From positions 2,739 through 66,738 of the forward strand of contig JAFUPY010000004.1 of NCBI GenBank assembly GCA_017472565.1: a stretch of DNA of 64,000 nt, read 5' to 3'. Under the pieces are notes generated by a model. The model was not told the DNA's origin, searched no databases, and was given only the letters and a program-made list of their open reading frames with translations. Made by a program: the position numbers and the translations under genes. Position 1 is the stretch's first letter, and every line of letters begins with the position of its first letter. The stretch is from Eubacterium sp. Lineage in GTDB: Bacteria > Bacillota > Clostridia > Lachnospirales > Lachnospiraceae. Of this stretch, positions 56,807 through 64,000 are shown one piece after another.

Positions 56807-57872
56807 TAAATTAGAAGATCTTGTCCTTCGTTTAAATGAGGTTTTAAACGAATTAAGTGAACCAGGTGTGTCAAATGATCAGAACCGTTTCCGTAAACTG
56901 ATGAAGGAACAGAGTGATCTGACACCAATCGTAGAAGCTTACAACGAATACAAAGAATGTAAGCAGACAATCGAAGACAGCCTGGAAATGCTTCAGGAAG
57001 AAACAGATGAAGATATGCGTGATCTTTTGAAGGAAGAGTTGAATGATTCCAAAGCTCGTGTAGAAGAACTGGAAAATGAGTTAAAAATCTTACTTCTTCC
57101 AAAAGACCCTAATGATGATAAAAACGTTATCGTGGAAATCCGTGCAGGTGCAGGTGGTGACGAAGCAGCCCTTTTTGCAGCAGAAATCTATCGTATGTAT
57201 GTACATTACGCAGAGTCACGCCGTTGGAAAGTAGAGACCATGGAATGCGAAGAAATCGGTATTGGTGGTATGAAGAACGTAAGTTTCATGGTAACAGGCC
57301 AGGGCGCATACTCTGTACTGAAGTACGAATCCGGTGTACACCGTGTACAGCGAGTTCCAGAAACAGAATCCGGCGGACGTATCCACACATCCACTATCAC
57401 AGTGGCTATCATGCCAGAAGCAGAGGAAGTAGACGTACAGATCGATATGAACGACTGTAAGTTCGACGTATTCCGTGCATCCGGTAACGGTGGACAGTGC
57501 GTAAATACAACAGACTCTGCAGTACGTCTGACCCATATTCCAACAGGTATTGTCATTTCCTGTCAGGACGAAAAGTCACAGCTTAAGAACAAAGACAAAG
57601 CACTGAAAGTACTTCGTGCAAAACTGTATGACTTAGAATGTCAGAAAGCACACGATGCAGAAGCAGAGGCAAGAAGAAGCCAGGTCGGAACCGGCGACAG
57701 ATCCGAAAAGATCCGTACCTACAACTTCCCACAGGGCCGTGTCACAGACCACCGTATCAAGCTGACATTATACAAATTAGAATCCATCATGAATGGAGAT
57801 ATTCAGGAAATTATCGACAGCCTTATCGCAGCAGATCAGGCAGCGAAGTTGGCAAACATGAACGAAAATTAG
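56799..57872 (+). CDS. prfA: Peptide chain release factor 1
   Basis: GAGGDEA, RVPETES (PxT), GGQ, RTYNFPQ. Confidence 0.98.
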   Translation: MFDKLEDLVLRLNEVLNELSEPGVSNDQNRFRKLMKEQSDLTPIVEAYNEYKECKQTIEDSLEMLQEETDEDMRDLLKEELNDSKARVEELENELKILLLPKDPNDDKNVIVEIRAGAGGDEAALFAAEIYRMYVHYAESRRWKVETMECEEIGIGGMKNVSFMVTGQGAYSVLKYESGVHRVQRVPETESGGRIHTSTITVAIMPEAEEVDVQIDMNDCKFDVFRASGNGGQCVNTTDSAVRLTHIPTGIVISCQDEKSQLKNKDKALKVLRAKLYDLECQKAHDAEAEARRSQVGTGDRSEKIRTYNFPQGRVTDHRIKLTLYKLESIMNGDIQEIIDSLIAADQAAKLANMNEN

Positions 57873-57875
57873 GAT

Positions 57876-57904
57876 AAAGCCTTCCCTTGATAAGGGAAGG
57901 TTTT
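57876..57904 (+). terminator. prfA terminator
   Basis: AAAGCCTTCCCTT-gat-AAGGGAAGGTTTT. Confidence 0.75.
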
Positions 57905-57931
57905 GTTATATGAAGAATACGGAGATAAGTT

Positions 57932-58555
57932 ATGATCAACCGCGACGATATGCTGGAATTGACCAGAAGAATGACCCCATCCCGAAGCTGTTTTGACAGA
58001 ATCGCAGGGGCATATATAGATGATATGGGAGCGTTGGATGAGACTTTCAACATCCATTTTGGAAAGCTATCCGGCTCAGATAAGGCAAAAAACCTGGAAC
58101 TGGCAAAAACGGTTCCCTTTGCAAAAACAAATGTGCAGTTAAAAGAATATACATTTCCTGAGGAAGCAAAAGGCAGAGACAGCATGTTCCAGTTGCTGAA
58201 TGCAATCCAGCAATGTGGCCTGAAAAACGATGCTCTGATGGAAGTGTTATATGAGCAGATTGCAGACGGATATCCTGTAGATCATGAGTTTGCAGTGTTC
58301 GTATTTCACGGTGTATACGATGTGCCGTTAAAAGGCAAGGACAAGGAAAGTCTGTGGGAGTCAGAAGAAGTGTATGATTTTATCATTTGTACGGTAAGTC
58401 CTATGCGAGCGCAGTATGAACCGGCAGAGCCAGTCTTTGGGTTTTTGTATCCTGCATTTTCAGATCGAAGTGCGGATAAAGATAAGATCGATGTTTTCCA
58501 TGTTGATCCTGAAAAGATGGAAGATGGACTGATGTATAAATTATTTGGAAAGTAA
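57932..58555 (+). CDS. DUF4317-like protein
   Basis: RIAGAYID, HGVYDVP, SEEVYDFIICTVSP, GFLYPAFSDRS. Confidence 0.78.
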   Translation: MINRDDMLELTRRMTPSRSCFDRIAGAYIDDMGALDETFNIHFGKLSGSDKAKNLELAKTVPFAKTNVQLKEYTFPEEAKGRDSMFQLLNAIQQCGLKNDALMEVLYEQIADGYPVDHEFAVFVFHGVYDVPLKGKDKESLWESEEVYDFIICTVSPMRAQYEPAEPVFGFLYPAFSDRSADKDKIDVFHVDPEKMEDGLMYKLFGK

Positions 58556-58634
58556 TATGGTGGGAATTTTGATTGAAATTAAACACCAGTAGTAGTATAC
58601 TTGTTTAAAACTAAACCGTTCACGGAGAGTGTAT

Positions 58635-59075
58635 ATGAACATTGATAAATCCGTCCAGGCTTTGCTGCATGGACTTCAATATAAGAAATTATTAGAAAAT
58701 AGAATTATTTCGATTCAAGAGAAATACGACTTGCGAAAGGTGGATATCGAAGTGCTATATTTTTTAGCACATTGTGGTGAACACAATACCGCCCGGGATA
58801 TTCGTGCGGATATGAATCTAACGAAGGGACACATTTCTCAGTCGGTTGATCGTTTGCAGAAGATGGGACTTGTGATGCAGGTTCCAGACAAAGAGGATCG
58901 CAGATATATTCATTTGGCTCCTACGGAACAGGCGAAAACATTGATGGATGAGATTTTGGATGCATGGGATTCGCTAAATCAATCTGTTTTTGCAGGAATT
59001 ACAGAAGATGAAGTGCAGGTTTTGAAAACAGTTGCGCAGAAAATTAAAAACAATTTAGAAAAAGAATTAAAATAA
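58635..59075 (+). CDS. MarR family transcriptional regulator
   Basis: wHTH TKGHISQSVDRL...DKEDRR. Confidence 0.9.
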   Translation: MNIDKSVQALLHGLQYKKLLENRIISIQEKYDLRKVDIEVLYFLAHCGEHNTARDIRADMNLTKGHISQSVDRLQKMGLVMQVPDKEDRRYIHLAPTEQAKTLMDEILDAWDSLNQSVFAGITEDEVQVLKTVAQKIKNNLEKELK

Positions 59076-59253
59076 TATAAAGTCCATTGACGTGGACTTT
59101 ATTTATCGTACAATGGTTTAATATTAAACTGGATAAATAAAAATTTAACAAAACTTTACTTCCTATAGACATGCCGTCTATGGTACGATATAGGAGTAAC
59201 ATAGGGATTCTTTTTGGAATGTACTGTGACAAAGTATTTTTTGAGGTGATACA

Positions 59254-60774
59254 TTGAAATTATGGAATTCAAAATTACAAGGTAAATTGAAAGAAGCGGT
59301 AGTAGCTGTTGTTCCAATTATTGTAATTGTGTTGATTTTAAGTTTTAGCATCGCACCGTTGACGCCAAGTATTATTTTAAGCTTTTTGATGGGTGCGTTA
59401 ATGGTTATCGTGGGAATGATGTTCTTTACCCTTGGGGCGGAGACCTCTATGACACCAATCGGTGAAAAAGTTGGTGCCAAGATGACACAGAGTAAAAATA
59501 TTATTCTGATTGTGAGCCTGGCATTTTTGCTGGGTGTGATGATTACCATTTCTGAGCCGGATCTTCAGGTGTTGGCAAGTCAGGTTCCATCCATTCCCAA
59601 TATGACGCTGATCCTTGCGGTGGCTCTGGGTGTAGGTGTTTTCCTTGTGGTGGCTATTCTTCGAATCCTGTTTGGAATTCCGTTGGCAAAACTGCTTGTG
59701 ATTTGTTATATTGCAGTTTTTGTTTTAGCGTTTCTGGTGCCGGCAGATTTTAGAGCGATGGCTTTTGATTCTGGCGGGGTTACCACAGGCCCGATGACGG
59801 TTCCATTTATCATGGCTCTTGGTGTTGGTATTGCTGCAATTCGAAACGATAAGAGTGCGGCGGACGATAGTTTCGGTCTGGTTGCATTGTGTTCTGTTGG
59901 ACCAATCCTTGCAGTGTTGCTTCTTGGAATGGTGTTTCATCCAACGGAAAGCAGTTATTCAGTGACGCAGATTCCACAGGTGGAAGATACGGTGGAGCTG
60001 TGGCATATGTTTGCTCACGAAATACCACATTACATGGGAGAAATGGCCATTTCTCTGCTTCCAATCGTTGTGTTTTTTGCAATTTTCCAGATCATCTCTT
60101 TGCGTTTGACAAAGCGAAGTCTCAGCAAGATCATTACTGGTCTGGTTTACACATATATCGGTCTGGTACTTTTCCTGTGCGGTGCCAATGTTGGATTTAT
60201 GCCAGCAGGTAATTACTTAGGAGGTGTGCTTGCAGGCAGTGAATTTAAGTTCCTGCTGATTCCACTCGGTGCGCTGATTGGTTTCTTTATTGTTCGAGCT
60301 GAGCCTGCAGTATATGTATTGAATCATCAGGTTGAGGAAATCACAGATGGCCGTATCTCCGCAAGAGCTATGGGCATGGCACTTTCCCTTGGTGTGGCAG
60401 CCTCTGTAGCGCTGGCGATGACTCGAGTTATTACAGGTATTCCGGTATTATATTTCCTGATTCCAGGCTATGCGATTGCAATTATTCTGTCCTTTAAAGT
60501 ACCAAGAATCTTTACCGCCATCGCATTCGACTCCGGTGGTGTTGCTTCCGGTCCGATGACAGCCACTTTCCTGCTGCCACTGGCACAGGGTGCATGTCTG
60601 GCAGTTGGCGGCAATCTGGTGGCAGATGCCTTTGGTGTAGTAGCCATGGTTGCTATGACGCCATTGATTACCATTCAGATCATGGGTGCGGTTCAGATGA
60701 TGAAACAGAACAAACCAACCCCTGCAGAACATGCTTTGGCTGCGTTTGATGATGATGCAATTATCGAACTCTAG
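59254..60774 (+). CDS. DUF1538 tandem-domain membrane protein
   Basis: Two repeats with EPDL/EPAV and AFDSGGVTTGPMT/AFDSGGVASGPMT; TTG start after GAGGTG. Confidence 0.9.
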   Translation: MKLWNSKLQGKLKEAVVAVVPIIVIVLILSFSIAPLTPSIILSFLMGALMVIVGMMFFTLGAETSMTPIGEKVGAKMTQSKNIILIVSLAFLLGVMITISEPDLQVLASQVPSIPNMTLILAVALGVGVFLVVAILRILFGIPLAKLLVICYIAVFVLAFLVPADFRAMAFDSGGVTTGPMTVPFIMALGVGIAAIRNDKSAADDSFGLVALCSVGPILAVLLLGMVFHPTESSYSVTQIPQVEDTVELWHMFAHEIPHYMGEMAISLLPIVVFFAIFQIISLRLTKRSLSKIITGLVYTYIGLVLFLCGANVGFMPAGNYLGGVLAGSEFKFLLIPLGALIGFFIVRAEPAVYVLNHQVEEITDGRISARAMGMALSLGVAASVALAMTRVITGIPVLYFLIPGYAIAIILSFKVPRIFTAIAFDSGGVASGPMTATFLLPLAQGACLAVGGNLVADAFGVVAMVAMTPLITIQIMGAVQMMKQNKPTPAEHALAAFDDDAIIEL

Positions 60775-60829
60775 TCAGAATGATAGTGCAATGGAAGGTT
60801 AGAAGCATTGGTAAAGTAGGAGAATAACA

Positions 60830-61513
60830 ATGAGTGAATTATTTATGATGGTTACGATCATCGAACGTAAACATACAAGAAAGTTTCATACCTTTTATGA
60901 AGAGATGGGCCTTCCTGTTTCTGTGGTCACCTTAGGAATGGGAACCGCGGCCAGTGAGATACTGGATTACTTCGGGTTGGATGGATCAGAAAAAGGTGTA
61001 ATGTTCCATTTTGTCACAAGAGAAAAATGGAAAGAAGTGAAACGCCAGCTGCAGTTGAAGATGAAGATTGATGTTCCGGGCATTGGCATTGCATTCATCG
61101 TTCCGATCAGCAGCATTGGTGGTAAGAAAACATTGAATTATCTGACCGCAGGTCAGGACTTTGTAAAAGGGGAGGAATCCACATTGAAGGATACGAAATA
61201 TGAATTACTGGTGGTAATCGCCAACCAGGGATATGTTGAACAGATTATGGATGCAGCCAGAAAAGTCCAGGCCGCAGGTGGTACAGCTATTCATGCGAAA
61301 GGAACCGGCGGCACACAGGCAGAGAAGTTCCTGGGTGTAACTTTAGTGCCGGAAAAAGAGATGGTATTTATCGTGGCTCGTACCGATACCAAAAATGCAA
61401 TCATGAAGTCCATCATGGACGAAGCCGGTGTAGGAACGAAAGCAGGTGCTATTGTGTTTTCCCTGCCTGTTACAGAGACAGCAGGTATGAGACTGATGGA
61501 AGACATTGAATAA
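60830..61513 (+). CDS. Tandem PII-like domain protein
   Basis: Two PII-like halves (GMGTA...EK...GIAFIVPI; AAGGTAIHAKGTG...EKE...AIVFSLPV); follows DUF1538. Confidence 0.85.
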   Translation: MSELFMMVTIIERKHTRKFHTFYEEMGLPVSVVTLGMGTAASEILDYFGLDGSEKGVMFHFVTREKWKEVKRQLQLKMKIDVPGIGIAFIVPISSIGGKKTLNYLTAGQDFVKGEESTLKDTKYELLVVIANQGYVEQIMDAARKVQAAGGTAIHAKGTGGTQAEKFLGVTLVPEKEMVFIVARTDTKNAIMKSIMDEAGVGTKAGAIVFSLPVTETAGMRLMEDIE

Positions 61514-61566
61514 CTAACTGTATCAAATAAAGTAAAAGATTCAGAGATTGAGAATTTTAGTGTAAA

Positions 61567-61611
61567 AAAATCACTTCCATGTACACGAGAGTGCATATGG
61601 AAGTGATTTTT
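61567..61611 (+). terminator. Terminator after the PII-like gene
   Basis: AAAATCACTTCCAT...ATGGAAGTGATTTT. Confidence 0.78.
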
Positions 61612-61735
61612 ATTATGTATGTCATTTGTTTTGGAAAATTCCATGGTATGTTGGGGGATATGACAAACAAGACCATAAGTGGCTTGCTTTATCATCCTGT
61701 ATAGTTTATCATGAGAAAAGATATTACAAAAGTGA

Positions 61736-61765
61736 ATATTTCGCATGTTAAGTATGCGAAAATAT
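61736..61765. promoter_or_regulatory. Inverted repeat upstream of the LysR gene, possible operator
   Basis: TTTCGCAT-N7-ATGCGAAA. Confidence 0.5.
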
Positions 61766-61818
61766 CATATGTAGTAGAACGTTATTTTTTTCTAATAATG
61801 AAACAGGAGTGACAATTT

Positions 61819-62694
61819 ATGGATATCAATATCCAAAAAATAAAAGCATTTATCAAAACGGTTGAGCTTGGAAGTATCTCCAAAGCCGCAGATAGTTTGG
61901 CTTATTCCCAGTCAGGAATCAGCCGTATGATCCAGGATCTGGAAAGAGAGTGGAAGGTTACGTTGTTGGAGCGTGGAAAAGGCGGTGTGCGTCTTACTTC
62001 AGATGGATACAAGCTGCTTCCTCACGCAAAAAGTATCTGCGAAGAGTTTGAAAAGCTGCAGATACAGGTGGATGAACTGAATGGTCTGGAATCCGGCCTG
62101 ATTCGTATCGGTACCTTTACCAGTGTGGCCACCCATTGGTTTCCGAATATTATTAAGGAGTTTCAGAAGGACTATCCCAATATTGATTACGAATTGCTGC
62201 TGGGGGATTATACGGAGATTGCAGATTGGATTTTGGAAGGCCGTGTGGACTGTGGTTTTTTGCCGCTGCCGACACATCCGGATCTGGAGACCATCTTTTT
62301 GGAACAAGATCCACTGCTTGCAATCATACCAGAGAATCACCCATTGGTGGATGCAGAAGCCTTTCCACTGAAGGCGTTGTGTGATGGACCGTTCATGCTG
62401 TTGGAAAAGGGCGGTAAGGGTGCGATTTCGAACATTTTTGAGCGCAATTACCTGACACCAAATGTACAGTTTACCACATGGGACGATTACGCCATCATGT
62501 CTATGGTAGAAAATGGTCTTGGCGTAAGCATATTGCCCCAGCTGATTATGCGACGGGCTCCATATCGTGTGGTGGCAAAACCATTGGATGTAGCCGCCAG
62601 CAGAGATATCGGATTTGTATTAAAGAGTGAGAAACATGCCTCCGTTGCAGTGAAAAAATTTATGAAGTATCTGAAATATCGCAATCCGATGTAG
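61819..62694 (+). CDS. LysR family transcriptional regulator
   Basis: GSISKAADSLAYSQSGISRMIQDLE HTH, LTSDG, substrate-binding domain, MVENGLGVSILP. Confidence 0.95.
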   Translation: MDINIQKIKAFIKTVELGSISKAADSLAYSQSGISRMIQDLEREWKVTLLERGKGGVRLTSDGYKLLPHAKSICEEFEKLQIQVDELNGLESGLIRIGTFTSVATHWFPNIIKEFQKDYPNIDYELLLGDYTEIADWILEGRVDCGFLPLPTHPDLETIFLEQDPLLAIIPENHPLVDAEAFPLKALCDGPFMLLEKGGKGAISNIFERNYLTPNVQFTTWDDYAIMSMVENGLGVSILPQLIMRRAPYRVVAKPLDVAASRDIGFVLKSEKHASVAVKKFMKYLKYRNPM

Positions 62695-62755
62695 AAAATC
62701 ACAGTGCTAGAAGCTATTATAGGAATAAGAAAAATAGCGTGAAAAGAGGTAGAAA

Positions 62756-63226
62756 ATGAAATTAAAAAATATGCTCATTGTTGTAGATGATATAGAACTA
62801 TCCAAAAAATTTTATAAGGAACTGTTTGGTCTGGATATCGTTGTTGATTTTGACGGAAATGTGATCCTCACCGAAGGACTTGTACTTCAGGATAGAAAAA
62901 TCTGGGAGAAATTTTTGGGAAGGGAAGTTACCTACGGTCACCATGACGCAGAACTTTACTTTGAAGAAAACCAGATGGATGCCTTTGTAGAACGTTTGAA
63001 AAACAGCTCTTTTGAGATTCAGTATGTGAACCCATTGATGGAACATGACTGGGGGCAGAGAGTGGTGCGCATCTACGATCCTGATATGCATGTGATAGAA
63101 GTGGGAGAGACCATGGAGTATGTAGCTCGGAGATTTTTAGTGCAGGGTCTGTCAGTAGAAGAAACGGCAGCCAAAACACAGCTGCCGTTATCTATGGTTG
63201 AATTGATTGCTACAACATCTGAATAA
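62756..63226 (+). CDS. Glyoxalase/VOC family protein
   Basis: VDDIELSKKFYKELFGL, WGQRVVRIYDPDMHVIEV. Confidence 0.9.
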   Translation: MKLKNMLIVVDDIELSKKFYKELFGLDIVVDFDGNVILTEGLVLQDRKIWEKFLGREVTYGHHDAELYFEENQMDAFVERLKNSSFEIQYVNPLMEHDWGQRVVRIYDPDMHVIEVGETMEYVARRFLVQGLSVEETAAKTQLPLSMVELIATTSE

Positions 63227-64000
63227 TACTTGCCCCCACGATCATCACAACCAAACCAATAATGCGGTTTGGCGTAAGGGCTTTTTTGGAAACACCTAAG
63301 AGACCTGCGGTGTCCAGCACAAGGCTGCCGCCCATCTGTCCGATCAGTGTTAAAATAACGGCCATTCCAGTGCCAATAGTCTGTGCAAGATAAACATTGC
63401 CCACCATGAAGATGGTGCCGATGATACCGCCAAGCCAGATCCACCATGGGAAGCGGGTGTTGCTCTGATTGCGAATCTGGAACCTGGAACGTGTTGCAAG
63501 AATCAGAATGATCAGGAAAACAATACCTACAATATTGGCAAGGAGGGCAGCTTTAAATGGGGACGCAAGGACTGCACCCACATATCCGTTGACTGCTGTC
63601 TGACAGGCACTTGCAACACCGGCGCAGATTGCTACCAGGCGGAATAACCACTGGCGCAATACATGAGATTTGCCTGCTTCGTCGAAGCTGGCATTCTGAG
63701 AAGTTTTCTTGCCCATAGCAACCACGATCAGAACCCCGGCAAGTACAATGACAGCACCGATCACTCTGGCTGCTGTCAGCGGATTCTGCAGGGAATAAAA
63801 CAGGGAGAAATGGTCGATGATCAGTCCCGTTACAAGCATACCAAGTACAGTCATGATGACAGTCTGTACGCTTCCGATATGAGGCATGGCAACAATACTT
63901 CCAGCCACGCAGATGACACCGAAAATACCACTGAGCCATACCCAGGCCGGATCCTGCGTCAGTGCGCCAAAGCCCATCACAGGACTGTGATTAAATGCCA
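63210..64000 (-). CDS. DMT family (YdcZ/DUF606-like) transporter, 5' end beyond the window
   Basis: Frame open to the window edge; PAWVWLSGIFG / PWWIWLGGIIG repeats, QTAVNG, IIDHF. Confidence 0.85.
   Translation of the reverse strand, partial: AFNHSPVMGFGALTQDPAWVWLSGIFGVICVAGSIVAMPHIGSVQTVIMTVLGMLVTGLIIDHFSLFYSLQNPLTAARVIGAVIVLAGVLIVVAMGKKTSQNASFDEAGKSHVLRQWLFRLVAICAGVASACQTAVNGYVGAVLASPFKAALLANIVGIVFLIILILATRSRFQIRNQSNTRFPWWIWLGGIIGTIFMVGNVYLAQTIGTGMAVILTLIGQMGGSLVLDTAGLLGVSKKALTPNRIIGLVVMIVGASIIQML

Overview
Chromosomal window from a low-GC Clostridia genome; gene content and strong AGGAGG RBSs suggest Lachnospiraceae, but this is an inference. Housekeeping blocks are polA-coaE, split purO/purH, pyc, tmcAL-ackA-rpmF, DUF512-der-plsY-gpsA-dut, ppaC and rho-rpmE-prmC-prfA. 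The main find is a ~21 kb accessory island right after rpmF (about 18.6-39.9 kb). It carries its own sigma-54, its own enhancer-binding activator and six clear -24/-12 promoters. It encodes a full nickel-pincer nucleotide (NPN) cofactor set (larB, split larC, Fe-S-type larE) and an InrS-like Ni sensor, but no larA in the window. A DUF362 Fe-S protein in the island keeps the LarA cofactor-binding motif and is the proposed NPN client. It sits with a beta-keto acid cleavage enzyme, a cyclase-family hydrolase, a 3-hydroxyacyl dehydrogenase, a thiolase, an Fe-ADH, an MFS transporter and a 4-hydroxybutyryl-CoA dehydratase. Also found, and missed or mis-started by the ORF track: a yybP-ykoY (Mn2+) riboswitch controlling a 55-aa two-helix membrane protein, two paralogous 32/33-aa cationic peptides with conserved upstream boxes, a SigI/RsgI module driving an RsgI-domain lipoprotein with DDDWDDRY repeats, and a candidate ~90-nt sRNA. 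No tRNA, rRNA, CRISPR array, integrase or transposase was seen. All family assignments come from motif recognition by eye; no database search was run.
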